Positions 9,053 through 20,050 are shown, counted from the stretch's first letter. The stretch is DNA of 64,000 bases from an uncultured candidate division Zixibacteria bacterium (GCA_963702205.1 OY969724.1:3712001-3776000), one strand, 5' to 3'. Notes: generated from the letters alone by a model not told the origin. Program-made: numbers and translations.

Positions 9053-10228
9053 CTAAAATTTATCAAATCCTTTTATCAAGCGGTCAATGTCTTTCTCGTT
9101 ATTAAAAAGATGCACCGAAACCCTGATCGCCCCCTCGCGAAACGACGTGAATATCTTCGCCTTATTCAGTTTCAGATACAAATCGTGCGCATTATTACAG
9201 GTAAAAGACAAAATCGACGAGCGATGCCTCTTCTCAAGATTCGACACTATCCGGAATCTTTCATCGACTTTCAAGTACGAAATTAACTTATCAAGCAGAA
9301 AATGATTGTGCTTTTGAATATTACCGATACCGAGCTCGGTTAATATTTCCAGCGCCTTCGATAGTGCGAACACGTGACCGTAGGGGTACGTCCCCAGTTC
9401 GAACCGCCTCGCACTGGCGAAAAATGGAAGATCGTAGTGAAACAGATTGGTAAAATCAAGCTTCCAGTCGACCCCCAGCCAGCTTCCGAACGGCTGGCGC
9501 AGCTGTTCCTGCAAATCTTTCTTTACATAAAACAAAGCCGTCCCCAACGGCGATAGCATCCATTTCTGCGCCCCGGACGACAATATATCTATCCCGCACT
9601 TTTTGACGTCAATCGGCTCCACCCCGCAGCCCTGAATGCCATCGACGACAAAATATATCCCCCGTTCTTTGCAGATCGCACCGATCTTCACCAGATCATT
9701 TTTAAAACCGTTGAAAAACTGCACGTACGAAAGGGACAGCACTTTGGTTTTCGCGGTAATGCCTCTTTGCAATTTATTGATATCGAAAAAGCGGTCGGTC
9801 GTCTCGATTAATTTCACCCGCACGCCCTTCTGTCTGAGCACCAGCCAGGGATAGACATTGGCCGGGAATTCCACGTCCGACAGAAGAACCTCGTCGCCTT
9901 TAACAAGCGGCAAACCCTGGGCGGCGATATTCAAACCGAAGCCGGTATTGAATCCGAATCCGACCTCATCGTGCCGCGCCCCGAGCATTTTGGCTCCGAG
10001 TGTGCGGATATTATCGAGATGCCGAAAGGCGATGCGGTCGATATCCGGTCGGCTCAGAGAACCATCGCTGTACTGCGACATTTCATAATAGTCTTCCAGC
10101 GCCTCTTTTACCGGACGGCATAGCGGGCCGGTCGACGCGGAGTTGAAATACGCGATGCCCCTTTTCGTTTCGGCCAGCGGGAACTGTTCGCGGATTTTAT
10201 CGAATTTCGAGGAAATATCTTTATTCAT
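9053..10228 (-). CDS. class V PLP-dependent aminotransferase (cysteine desulfurase/kynureninase-like fold)
   Basis: YFNSASTGP, EFPANVYPW, VDGIQGCG, GAQKWMLSP (PLP Lys) and IRVSVHLFN. Confidence 0.85.
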   Translation of the reverse strand: MNKDISSKFDKIREQFPLAETKRGIAYFNSASTGPLCRPVKEALEDYYEMSQYSDGSLSRPDIDRIAFRHLDNIRTLGAKMLGARHDEVGFGFNTGFGLNIAAQGLPLVKGDEVLLSDVEFPANVYPWLVLRQKGVRVKLIETTDRFFDINKLQRGITAKTKVLSLSYVQFFNGFKNDLVKIGAICKERGIYFVVDGIQGCGVEPIDVKKCGIDILSSGAQKWMLSPLGTALFYVKKDLQEQLRQPFGSWLGVDWKLDFTNLFHYDLPFFASARRFELGTYPYGHVFALSKALEILTELGIGNIQKHNHFLLDKLISYLKVDERFRIVSNLEKRHRSSILSFTCNNAHDLYLKLNKAKIFTSFREGAIRVSVHLFNNEKDIDRLIKGFDKF

Positions 10229-10249
10229 GGCGGGACCTTCAGGATGATG

Positions 10250-10672
10250 TTACAAAATATATAAATACCCGATGATGGCCATGCCCCCGATAAGTTTAAT
10301 CAGCAAACCCAGCATCAGGTACAACATATACAAAGCCGGAATCTTGATTCGGAACATAGTGAGAATGGCCAGAGGGATCATGCCGAAAACGTACACGTAC
10401 AGCCCGACCGATATTCCGCCTCTCATGCCATAAAACGGTATTACCGAATAAAACCAGCCGTACACCACGGCCGGGACGAACACGAAAAATATGAACTCGA
10501 TCACGAAACACGAAATAAACCAGGAGACGCCGCGGCTTTCGATATGGCTTTCCGGAAAACCTTTCAGCGCCGGAATTATATTTTCCAGCTTGTACCAAAC
10601 AAAATCGACCAAAAGCAGGTACACCGCTCCGGCTATCAGACAGGCGGTCAACAGCGAGAAACTGATCATCAT
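10250..10672 (-). CDS. hypothetical 4-TM membrane protein
   Basis: Has its own GGAGG SD and ATG at 10672. The ORF track fuses it to the upstream epimerase only because of one extra base near 10696. Confidence 0.65.
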   Translation of the reverse strand: MMISFSLLTACLIAGAVYLLLVDFVWYKLENIIPALKGFPESHIESRGVSWFISCFVIEFIFFVFVPAVVYGWFYSVIPFYGMRGGISVGLYVYVFGMIPLAILTMFRIKIPALYMLYLMLGLLIKLIGGMAIIGYLYIL

Positions 10673-11662
10673 AACCACGCCTCCATGCGGTACCAGGTAC
10701 AGCGTTTCGCGAGCACCATCGGTAAAATTGATACTGGCTTTAAACCCCAGCTCCTGTTCGGCCCGTTCGGAACTGATCTCCCATGCCGCCAGAATTTCCC
10801 GGGCCTTCTCCATCGTAAACATCGGCGTCTTTCCGAATAGCCGCATTATCGACTCGGACAATCCGGCGATCAGCTTCACGGCAAAACCCGGAACGTAAAT
10901 CGGCAGACCGAACCGTCCCGACGCTTTCGCCAGTATTTTTATCATCTCACGAAACGAATAACTTCGGTCTTCCGCAATAAAATAAATCGAACCGGATTTC
11001 GTTTTGGCTTTAACGGCGCACACGACCGACCGCGCGAGGTCATCCACGTGGATCAATCTCAAACGCCTGTTGAGCTTTCCGATATATGGCCGGATTCGAC
11101 AGTCGACAATCTGGAAAAATGTCAGCATTTCTTTGTCGCCGGGCCCATAAACCCCCGAAGGCCGGACTATGACCGAGTTAACTTTGTCGACGGCGTTGAG
11201 AACCGCCTGCTCACCGGCCAGCTTGGAGCGGCCGTACTCGGTCAAGGGGTGCACTTCATCGGATTCGGTCAATATCCTCCCCGGATATGATGGCCCCGCC
11301 GCCGCTCCCGAAGAAATATATACCAGCTTTTTCAACCCTGGAATCCGGGCGGCCGCGGCCGTTATATTGGCCGTCCCTTGTTCATTGACTGTGTAAAAAT
11401 ATTTCGGGTTACGGGCCTTCACCAGACCGGCGTTGTGGATAATATAATCAACCCCCGACACCATCTCCGGCAGCGAATCCGTTAATGTCACGTCACCGAA
11501 CCTATATTCGAGATCGAGATCCTCGATCAGGGCGACGTCGCAACCCTCCCGAACTCCCGCGATGACATGATATCCAGCATCCAGAAAAGCCCGGCATATA
11601 TGGCTTCCGACAAAACCGTTGGCCCCGGTTATCAATATTTTCTCTTTGATTTGGTCCGCCAC
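10669..11662 (-). CDS. NAD-dependent epimerase/dehydratase (extended SDR), with a frameshift near its C-terminus
   Basis: ITGANGFVGS, HNAG, YGRSK and VYGPGD. Removing one base at 10696/10697 gives the typical end ETLYWYRMEAWL*, with the stop overlapping the next ATG. Confidence 0.8.
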
Positions 11663-11792
11663 GATAGTAATGTAACCGCCCGACAATATAAAGACAAGCC
11701 CAACCGGTCGCAAAATCACCGAAAACAAAGAAATTTCTATATGGCGCGATTATTACCGATTTGTAATACTGTCTGAAGAAACCGGAATTCTT

Positions 11793-13872
11793 ATGGTCAG
11801 ACGATCAGCAACATACTGGGTGTCGTTCATAATATTACTGCTGCTGGCGTTACTGCATGTTTTTCACCTGTTGTCGCCGGACTCTCAGTTCTGGGGCGTC
11901 ATATATCTCGGGTTCCTGTCCCGATGGTATACTTTCGCGTTTATCATGATATCGCTGGTCGGCCTGATTATATCGGCCTTCAATGCCGAACCGGATTCCG
12001 GCCGCTCGGCTTTGTTGACATTTTCAAAAGAGCTTTTCGAATCTCCCCGCGCCCTGTACTGGCAATTCGCCACAGTTACATTGTCCGTCGCGGCTTTTCT
12101 AATTTTCAGTATGCCGACTCATTTTTTGGGCGACGGGTACAGCCTGCTGTATATCATCGGCAATCCGCATTTATCCCTTGTAAAGTGGAGCGAACAGGGT
12201 ATCTTCCATACCGTCAGGTTTCTTCAGAATATATCGGGCGGCCAGAGTCGCCACGCCGCGCTCGTGGCGTTTCGAATCGTCTCGGTGGCCTCCGGCGCGA
12301 CAGCGATCTGGTTTTTTTTCAGGATTGCCGACAGTCTGTCCGATAGGCCTTTCAAGAAACTGTGGATTCTCCTGAATCTGGTTTTTTCAGGTTCGATATT
12401 GATGTTTTTCGGCTATGTCGAAAGCTATCCGCCCCTGTGGGCGACCGCGTCCGGCTTTACTTATTTCGCAATATTGTACCTTAAATCCGGCCGCGCCCTG
12501 ATGAAATGCCTGTTGTTCATCCTGTTAGGTTTGTTTTTCCATCTGCAGACGGTAACTTTATTTGCCGGCCGTCGTTTTCCTGTTTCTGAATAAAAGCCCG
12601 CTGAGAAAAATATATGATAAGAACAAACCCGCGGTATGGCTGATTCTTGGCGCTTTTTCGATCGCCGCTATAGTCGCATTCGTTTATTTGTACCGGACCA
12701 ATCTCTATTTTGAAAATATGTTCCTTCCACTTTTTAACGGCAAACCGAGCAGCCCCGAATATACAATTATATGTTTCCCGCACATTGTCGATGTAATCAG
12801 CGAACTTCTGCTTTTATCACCTCTGTTGCCGCTTTTGCTCTATGCGTCCCGGCCGCTGCGCCCGGCCCTCAGGGGACGGCCGCCGGCCGCGTTTTTGTTG
12901 GTTATGTCCGCCGCCTCATTAATATTTCTTCTCATAATCGATCCCAAACTTTCCATGCCCCGCGACTGGGACCTCTTCGCATTGACCGCCTTCCCGCTGG
13001 TTCTATTCCTGATTTACAACACCTCAGATGAAAAACTCGCCGATATCAGGAGGCTGTTCCCCATCGCCATGATACTGCTTGTCTTCTCGACGGCGACCTA
13101 TCTCATCGTCAATCTCAAGACCGATACATCGGTGGCCTATACGAAATATTACATAGACCATGACCCGCCCAAATCCCTCGGAAGTCTGCGGCTTCTCATG
13201 ATCGAGTACTATGATCCCCGGGGCGAAACCAAAAAGATCGATACGACCCTGAAGCTAATTGAACAGTGGTTCCCCCAGGATAAATTATATGAAGACGCGA
13301 GAATCGCCATCGACGCCGGGGATATTGACACTGCCCGCCGGATTTTTCGGCAAATCAAACCGGACCGGTTTTCGGTCAGATACCATAATCTGAAAGGTCA
13401 ATTGTACCTGTTCGATAAACGGTACGATTCCGCGCTTTACGAAATAAGACAATCGTTGAGCCTGGGCAAATATTACGGGCGTACTTATCTCATAGCCGGT
13501 CTGATACAAATGCGACTCGATCAAGACAACCAGGCCCTGCAGACCTTCCGCACAGGTTACGAGCTCGAACCGAAAAACGATTATATTCTCGAAGAAATGG
13601 GCGTGCTGTTCTTCCAGCGGCAGGAACTGGATTCGGCTCTCTTCTATTTTAAAAAATCCGTCCTCGCCAACCCGAATAATATACGGGCGTACTATTTTCT
13701 CGGGGAGTTGTACGAAAATTTCAACGACATACCCAATTTGATTATATGTACGGACTATTACAGGAAGTACGGTTCTTATGATCCGCAGTATAAATCGCGT
13801 CTGGCAAGACTCGAGATGTACATTGAAAACGCCCCGGATTCCTTAATACCGGCTAAAATACGTCAGCCGTAA
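11793..13872 (+). CDS. polytopic membrane protein (GT-C-like) with C-terminal TPR repeats, split by a +1 frameshift at about 12561
   Basis: The two ORFs 11793..12593 and 12562..13872 join as FHLQTVTLLPAVVFL if one T is removed. Motifs HFLGDG, FFGYVESY and PRDWDLF, followed by TPR-like helices. Confidence 0.7.
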
Positions 13873-15298
13873 AGCGGTAAATTTCGGCCCGTTTGTCCTT
13901 ATAGCTGCTTTTGGGCAGCCCGGCCTTGAGACAGGTTTGCTCCAGAAATGTCGTATTATCCCACCCGTACTCCGTCGCTACCTGTGGCAGCAGCAGCCCG
14001 GAATGCATATCCAGACGAATCAATAAGCCGTCGCGGCCGACTTTTATTTCATCGAGGTTGTCGACTTTAATAAGCGGCGACAGCGCCGAAATCTCGACTT
14101 CAATGTCATAGTACTCATCATCGGTAAGGTGCATGAACCTGGGGTCCTCAAAAACCGCGGCCTGCGCCATCTCCGCCACGGTTTGATAAAGCGGCTGGGC
14201 CGCCCGAATCTGTCCGATGCACCCTCGCAGGTTGCCGTTGATCTTGATCGTCACGAACACCCCGCGATTCTCTTTGAGTATCCGCGACGGCGGCTCCTCG
14301 TCGCGAACCTTCTCGCCCTTGAGACCCATCGCTATCGACCGCCTGGCCAGGTCGAGCAGGTACTGCTTGTCTTCTTCGGTGAGGCCGTCGTTATGTTTTT
14401 TTGGCAATGCGCCTATCGTACGATCGGCTTTCCTGGCCTTTTTCGTCGAGACGATCACCGCCGACAAATAGCCTACGACCTCTTCGAAGTCACCGGAGGC
14501 CTCCGCCGACGTCGTATAGTTGGTGACGACTATTTCCTCACCTCCGAGGCGTTTGGTGGCGATCATCGCCGCGATCACCGGGCCACCGCCGCAGGCTTCA
14601 CCCTTGCCGGAACTGATCGCCCCGTGCAGCTGTCCCGGATTATAACTTTCGATTGCCTTTTGTATCTGGCTGTCGAGAACCCGCGCATCTTTTTCGGGAT
14701 AGAAATGAGAAAGATCGGTCGAAGCCACGATCAGAGCGTTCTTGCCCTTAAGCGCCGACGCCAGCGTTTCCCCGAGAGCCTGCGACGTCGACAATTCCTG
14801 ATCGCCCATGACAATCGCGACCAGCCTGAATTTGCCGAGAACCAGTTGCAGAAACGGAAGATGCACTTCCAGCGCGTGTTCGCCGCGCACCGAACCGCCG
14901 GTATGGCCTTTATTCGAGAGAAAAATCGACGGGTTAATCTGGGCGATGCGATTAGAGAGGGGTAGATCTATCGGTACCACTCCGATCGGGGTTTGGTACG
15001 CCCCGCCGTCGTACACCGACGCCCCCTGGAAAAAAACCGTGTGCGATGGCGAAATCACCACGACCGTATTGTATTCCATCCCTTCGAGCTGTTTGTAGGC
15101 CATCGCCGCCGTGCGACCGGAATACGTATATCCCGCATGCGGCGCGATGATACCTATCGGCCGTCCCGGTAAGACCTTTTTCTCGACCGATGAGTACATC
15201 TCGGCCAATGCCTTGGACAATTCAACCGGGTCGGAAGGATAAAACGACCCCGCCACGGCCGGTCGACGAACTTCTGTATTTCTGTTTGCCGATTTCAT
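13853..15298 (-). CDS. AmmeMemoRadiSam system protein B (MEMO1) fused to protein A (AMMECR1)
   Basis: RRPAVAGSFYP, PHAGYTYSG, EHALEV and STDLSH, then GVFVT, LRGCIG, DPRF and GLLLPQVATE. Confidence 0.9.
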   Translation of the reverse strand: MKSANRNTEVRRPAVAGSFYPSDPVELSKALAEMYSSVEKKVLPGRPIGIIAPHAGYTYSGRTAAMAYKQLEGMEYNTVVVISPSHTVFFQGASVYDGGAYQTPIGVVPIDLPLSNRIAQINPSIFLSNKGHTGGSVRGEHALEVHLPFLQLVLGKFRLVAIVMGDQELSTSQALGETLASALKGKNALIVASTDLSHFYPEKDARVLDSQIQKAIESYNPGQLHGAISSGKGEACGGGPVIAAMIATKRLGGEEIVVTNYTTSAEASGDFEEVVGYLSAVIVSTKKARKADRTIGALPKKHNDGLTEEDKQYLLDLARRSIAMGLKGEKVRDEEPPSRILKENRGVFVTIKINGNLRGCIGQIRAAQPLYQTVAEMAQAAVFEDPRFMHLTDDEYYDIEVEISALSPLIKVDNLDEIKVGRDGLLIRLDMHSGLLLPQVATEYGWDNTTFLEQTCLKAGLPKSSYKDKRAEIYRFTADVF

Positions 15299-15357
15299 AC
15301 AATAAAACCCGCGTCAATCTAACCAATTGCTTCGGCCAAGTCAAACACCATTGTCAT

Positions 15358-15382
15358 TAAAAACGGAGGCCGAAGCCTCCGT
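15358..15382 (-). terminator. intrinsic terminator
   Basis: The minus strand reads ACGGAGGC-TTCG-GCCTCCGT-TTTT (cUUCGg tetraloop), after the SPFH gene. Confidence 0.8.
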
Positions 15383-15417
15383 CTCGATTAAAATCACCCG
15401 AAATGATCGATTTTTAC

Positions 15418-16362
15418 TCAAGATTTCTTCGCCGCCTCTTGCATCGGTTTCTTTTCCGGTCCACCGTTTTTAATTCCTTCAACCATCGCCGACAACGCTC
15501 CGATTATCCCGCTTGCTTCGTACGGCAGGAAAATTTTGTTGGCCGAACCCTTGGCCAGTTCCGGCAGCATTTCCAGATATTTCAGCGTGATCAGCTCTTC
15601 ATCCGGTTTGCCTTCGTGGATGGCCCCGAAGACATTCGTAATCGCCTGCGACTGACCCTCGGCCACCGCAATCTGGCGGTACTTTTCGGCGTCGGCCGTC
15701 TTGCGCACCGCTTCGGCCCGGCCCTCGGCTTCCAGAATCGCCGATTGACGAGCCCCTTCGGCCACCGTGATCGCCGCCTGCTTCTGGCCCTCGGCGTTGA
15801 GGATGGCGGCGCGTTTGTCACGCTCGGCCTTCATCTGGCGGCTCATCGCCTCGGTGATATCGACCGGCGGATCAATCCGCTGTATTTCCACCCGGTTGAC
15901 TTTCACCCCCCACTTGTCGGTGGCGGTATCGAGCACGTCGCGCAGTTGATTGTTGATCACGTCGCGCGACGACAGCGACTGATCCAGTTCCATTTCGCCG
16001 ATGACGTTACGCAGGTTCGTCTGCGCCAGCTTGGTCGACGCCATGGTATAGTTGGCGATCTCATACTTGGCCCGAACCGGGTCGGTCACCTGGCAATAGA
16101 CGATACAGTCCACCTCGACGTTGACATTGTCTTTGGTGATGACGTACTGCGGCGGCACGTCGAGCACAATCTCACGCATGTCGACCTTAAGCACCGTGTC
16201 GAAGAACGGCAGGATCAGGTTCAGTCCCGACGGCAGCGTCCGCTGGTATTTGCCGAGACGTTCCACCAGGCCTTTTTCGTACGGCCGGATAATCCGTATC
16301 GACATGCCTCCCAGCACGAAGGCCAGGAAGACGATCACTATGACAAATACATAGGCTTCCAT
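15418..16362 (-). CDS. SPFH/band 7 (stomatin/QmcA-like) protein
   Basis: [35 protein letters not shown] and [16 protein letters not shown]. Confidence 0.9.
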   Translation of the reverse strand: MEAYVFVIVIVFLAFVLGGMSIRIIRPYEKGLVERLGKYQRTLPSGLNLILPFFDTVLKVDMREIVLDVPPQYVITKDNVNVEVDCIVYCQVTDPVRAKYEIANYTMASTKLAQTNLRNVIGEMELDQSLSSRDVINNQLRDVLDTATDKWGVKVNRVEIQRIDPPVDITEAMSRQMKAERDKRAAILNAEGQKQAAITVAEGARQSAILEAEGRAEAVRKTADAEKYRQIAVAEGQSQAITNVFGAIHEGKPDEELITLKYLEMLPELAKGSANKIFLPYEASGIIGALSAMVEGIKNGGPEKKPMQEAAKKS

Positions 16363-16402
16363 TTTTATCATCCTTTCCCGACGACCCTTGTCGTCGTACG
16401 TA

Positions 16403-16837
16403 CTATTCTTCCACTTTCTCCACGGTCAACCGTGCACCGGTGATGTTGATCACCTTGATTTTCGCGCCTTCTTCGATCTTCGACGCCGCCTGCGCCTGCC
16501 ACACCTGTCCGTCGACCCGCACCTGGCCTTTGTCGAGATCGGGATCGATGGTTTTGACCACCAGCCCGGTACGGTCCACCATGGCGTCGGCGTTGATTTT
16601 CTGCGGCGGCTCGATCGTGATCTTTCGCGCCAGCGGTCGGGTCAGAGGAATCAGAACTATCGAGATGACCGCGAACACGGCGATCTGCCAGATGTACGCC
16701 TCGGGGTACAAATAGGCCGTGACCGCTGCCGCGGCCGCCCCGACCACGAAACAGGCGTACACCAGCGTCGGTGTCGCGATTTCGACAATTACAAATATCG
16801 CGGCGGCCGCGAGCCATATCCAGAACAACGTCGGCAT
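16403..16837 (-). CDS. NfeD-family membrane protein
   Basis: N-terminal TMs plus an OB-fold ([12 protein letters not shown]). Adjacent to the SPFH gene. Confidence 0.85.
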   Translation of the reverse strand: MPTLFWIWLAAAAIFVIVEIATPTLVYACFVVGAAAAAVTAYLYPEAYIWQIAVFAVISIVLIPLTRPLARKITIEPPQKINADAMVDRTGLVVKTIDPDLDKGQVRVDGQVWQAQAASKIEEGAKIKVINITGARLTVEKVEE

Positions 16838-16980
16838 TCTATTCTCCTTTCGCCTTTATCATCACAAATATCATCCGGGTGCCCCGCCGCTCTGCGGTGG
16901 GTTTTTTGTTCGTTGTGCCCCGTCGGTCCTCAGACCGACCGGGTCTTAAATCTCATCCTGGTGCCCGGTCCTCGGATCAA

Positions 16981-17007
16981 TGTCATTCCCGCGTAGGCGA
17001 GAATCCA
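16981..17007. repeat. GTCATTCCCGCG-type REP palindrome
   Basis: TGTCATTCCCGCGTAGGCGAGAATCCA matches the widespread GTCATTCCCGCG.AGGCGGGAATCC repeat type. Confidence 0.6.
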
Positions 17008-17010
17008 ATC

Positions 17011-17108
17011 TGGTCGGGTTCCGATCCCGATGTAATCGGAAGAGAAACCCGACATCTTTTTGTCGGCTTTCTACGTCCCGATTTTCGGGACTCCGGAAGC
17101 CGACCTAC
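17011..17108. repeat. REP doublet (REPIN-like), copy 1
   Basis: GTCGGGTT..AACCCGAC-ATCTTTTT-GTCGGCTT..AAGCCGACCTAC. An inverted homolog lies at 38644-38729. Confidence 0.75.
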
Positions 17109-17125
17109 TTCACTTTTCTTGTGAC

Positions 17126-17147
17126 CGGCAGACGCCCTCGTTTGCCG
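17126..17147. repeat. REP-like short palindrome
   Basis: CGGCAGACG-CCCT-CGTTTGCCG hairpin, with a second copy at 4939. Confidence 0.5.
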
Positions 17148-17311
17148 TATTATCTGTATTTATCCTATATACCTTCCCCCAAAATCCCCTATTCAAAAAA
17201 TCGGATTCATCAACACGAAAACCGTTTAAGTGGTTGATTGTCAAGAAGAAAGTGGGGCAGATGTGTGGATTATCGTCTTGACGTTACATTTGTGCGAGGC
17301 TATTTTGTAGT

Positions 17312-18076
17312 ATGGATTTCAAAGATTTCGTATTTAAACCCCTTTTATCTTATATCACCTTAATTCTTTTTTATGTGCCGCGTTTATTATTCAATCAAAA
17401 GCTTACGCAGTGGATAAATCAGATTTTGCCCACCACTCCCAAATGGAGCCTTGACTTGATATTAGTACTCATTTTAATAATTTCAATCCTACTTGACTTA
17501 ATCCGATATTGGTATCCAATGACTAGAAAGAGACTGATCTTATCATACAGAAACGATACGAATTGCAGAAAAGTAACAACCCGGCGAGAATATAAATCAG
17601 ATTTCAAATCGTGCGATAACCGATACACTACTTGGCAGAGCGAAACGTTAATATCATACCATAATGAAAGAAATACAGTTTATTTTAGAATCGTGGTGTC
17701 AACCAATTATTCGGAAGGAGTGACTAATTGTAAAGGAAGGATTAGCAAAGTCTTTAATGACAATGGCGTGCAACTAAATTCTACCTCAATAGAAATCCCA
17801 TTTGCACCTGGCGAAAGTGTTGACGCATTTAATAAAAGGATCATTGAAGGACTACCTGAGTATTTGGACATTTTGTACATTACAGACGAAAATGTAATTC
17901 GATCTCCTATAAAAAAAGAAACATATTTTGAGGAAATAGGTCAGCTTATAAATGCAAAAGGCATTTACTATCTACAAATTATTGTGGATGGGCACAAAAT
18001 TAGGCCGAGTCATATAGTTTTAAAATTCGATTGGACGGGAGATTGGGAAACGGCAGGAATCTCAATTTATAATTGA
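17312..18076 (+). CDS. hypothetical AT-rich membrane-anchored protein
   Basis: 254-aa ORF with two N-terminal hydrophobic segments and much lower GC than its flanks. Promoter-like TTGACG-N17-TATTTT at 17278-17306. Confidence 0.6.
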   Translation: MDFKDFVFKPLLSYITLILFYVPRLLFNQKLTQWINQILPTTPKWSLDLILVLILIISILLDLIRYWYPMTRKRLILSYRNDTNCRKVTTRREYKSDFKSCDNRYTTWQSETLISYHNERNTVYFRIVVSTNYSEGVTNCKGRISKVFNDNGVQLNSTSIEIPFAPGESVDAFNKRIIEGLPEYLDILYITDENVIRSPIKKETYFEEIGQLINAKGIYYLQIIVDGHKIRPSHIVLKFDWTGDWETAGISIYN

Positions 18077-18130
18077 TAATTATTTGTTGCCTTTCATTGC
18101 CGACGAATTTCTATAATTAAATAAGAATAT

Positions 18131-18162
18131 AAAAAACGGCGCCCTTTTCAGAGCGCCGTTTT
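18131..18162. terminator. bidirectional intrinsic terminator
   Basis: AAAAAACGGCGC...GCGCCGTTTT between convergent genes. Confidence 0.75.
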
Positions 18163-18232
18163 ATACTTACCCGGTTTCTAAAACAAATCAATTGTCCGTC
18201 GAAAATCCGGATCGTGTCGTTCTATCGCAGTC

Positions 18233-18478
18233 TTAGTTACGCGGACGAGCCTCGTTGACATTAAGATTGCGGCCGTCGAGTTCGTGGTTGGACAGCTCAC
18301 TGATAGCTTTCTGCCCTTCCTCGTTCGAGGCCATCTCGACAAAACCGAAACCGCGCGAGCGGCCGGTCATTTTGTCAGAGACGATGTTGACACTGACAAC
18401 CTCGCCGTAGCTTTCAAAAAGCTGGCGGAGGTTTTCTTCTCTCGTGTCGTAAGAGAGATTTCCGACGTAGATATTCAT
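18233..18478 (-). CDS. single-RRM RNA-binding protein
   Basis: RNP2 IYVGNL, RNP1 RGFGFVEM and VNEARPR. Confidence 0.95.
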   Translation of the reverse strand: MNIYVGNLSYDTREENLRQLFESYGEVVSVNIVSDKMTGRSRGFGFVEMASNEEGQKAISELSNHELDGRNLNVNEARPRN

Positions 18479-18765
18479 CTTCTACTCCGAACTGGTTTAC
18501 CGAATCGTCCGGTAAACATTCAATCGCGCCTTATTGCGCCTTAGAACCGGATTAACTTTGCAAGGGAATCTATTTGGAATAAAGGACTCGTCCTGGCCAA
18601 CTTAATACGGATCAACAATTAACATATTTTAATATATCGGCTTCCTTTCGGATGTCAACACCTATTACGTATCGGGATAACGAATTAATTGAGGGAATTT
18701 TTTTGAAACGCCCGGATACCACACCGCTCTTTGGTTCGAATTATTATCAAAAATAATCTTCGTTG

Positions 18766-18814
18766 GTCAGGAGCCGTGCCGAAAGTCCCGAACGAAGTGA
18801 AGGGTGCTCCTGAC
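18766..18814. repeat. REP-like hairpin
   Basis: GTCAGGAGC-N31-GCTCCTGAC, an intergenic inverted repeat without a U tract. Confidence 0.4.
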
Positions 18815-18847
18815 ATTTTCCCTGCAATTCACCGAATTACGATGACA

Positions 18848-20050
18848 TTACAAAAGCCGCGCCGAGATTTTCTTCTCGACATCCTCCAGCGTCGCGGAAA
18901 CGACATCGGCCTTATGATTTTTGATTGCACCAAAATCTTTCATGCCCGAACCGGTCAACATAAGGACCACTGTCTGGTCTTTGTCTATCCGTCCACTGTG
19001 TCGGAGCTTCTTGACCGCAAACAGGCTTGTCGCCGACGCCGGTTCCACGAACAGGCCCGATGCCGCCAGAATTTTCTGACCCTCAAGGATTTCCTCCTCG
19101 GTGACGTCCTCGGCCAGCCAGTTATACTTGCGGGCCTTGTCGAGGATTTCCACAGCACCCGAGGGATCGCCGGTCGAAATAGCCTCGGCTACCGTATGAA
19201 AATTCTTAAACGGAACAATGTGATCCCGACCCTCTTTTATGGCGCTCACGATCGGAGAGTTGTTTTTCGCCTGCACGATAATCATGCGCGGCAACCGGTC
19301 GGTCAGCCCGGCTTCTTTTAGTTCACGGTATCCTTTAAACAGCCCGCGCACGTGCCCGCAGGCCGACGTCGGCACCGCTATGAAATCCGGCACGCTTCCG
19401 CCGAGCTGCTCGTACATCTCGAACGCCTCCAGCTTATACCCCTCGATTCGCACCGGACCATTGCCGGAAATGATTCGCAGTCCAAGCTTCGGCCCCAGGG
19501 TCATAATGTGCTTCTTCATCTCGGAGTAATCCGGAGCCGTGACTTTTATGACGCACGCCCCGTGCATGCCCATCGCCAGGATTTTTTCATCCGGTGCGAA
19601 ATCGGGCACTAAGACGATAACATCGATCCCCGCCCGGGCACCGTACGCCGCCATTGAATGACCCATATTGCCGGTGGAAACCGTCGCGGTGACTTTTTCG
19701 CCCGTCAGACGAGCCATCGCGATACATGCCAGCGAGCCCCGGTCCTTGAAGCTCCAGGTCGGATTTTGAGTTTCGTTCTTGAGCAACAGGTTGTCTATAC
19801 CACAGAAAGCGGCCAGTTTTTTGTCGGTTAAAAGAGGCGTGTCGCCTTCGCCCAGCGACAGGCATTCATCGATATTGTCGAACGGCAGAAAATCGGCAAA
19901 ACGCTGCCAGATATATTTCCCCTCCCGGACGCGGGCTTTGTCCGGATCAGGTATCAATACTTCCAGCGATTCGCCGTCGTCCCCGAATTCTTCGATTCGT
20001 TCGAACGGATATATTTTTTCGGTCAATGTCGAGATCAGTTTCGGCTTCAT
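18848..20050 (-). CDS. threonine synthase-like fold-type II PLP enzyme
   Basis: SLGEGDTPL, KNETQNPTWSFKDRG, STGNMG, EPASATS and LTGSGMKD. Start at ATG 20050 with a GAGG SD. Confidence 0.85.
   Translation of the reverse strand: MKPKLISTLTEKIYPFERIEEFGDDGESLEVLIPDPDKARVREGKYIWQRFADFLPFDNIDECLSLGEGDTPLLTDKKLAAFCGIDNLLLKNETQNPTWSFKDRGSLACIAMARLTGEKVTATVSTGNMGHSMAAYGARAGIDVIVLVPDFAPDEKILAMGMHGACVIKVTAPDYSEMKKHIMTLGPKLGLRIISGNGPVRIEGYKLEAFEMYEQLGGSVPDFIAVPTSACGHVRGLFKGYRELKEAGLTDRLPRMIIVQAKNNSPIVSAIKEGRDHIVPFKNFHTVAEAISTGDPSGAVEILDKARKYNWLAEDVTEEEILEGQKILAASGLFVEPASATSLFAVKKLRHSGRIDKDQTVVLMLTGSGMKDFGAIKNHKADVVSATLEDVEKKISARLL

Noticed and set aside
10250..11728. Apparent novel epimerase-membrane domain fusion (492 aa)
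   Set aside because: Explained by one extra base. The correction restores a typical WY..W end and a coupled downstream start with its own SD.
14129..16443. + strand ORFs 14129..14965 and 15403..16443
   Set aside because: Antisense to the well-supported MEMO/AMMECR1 and SPFH genes.
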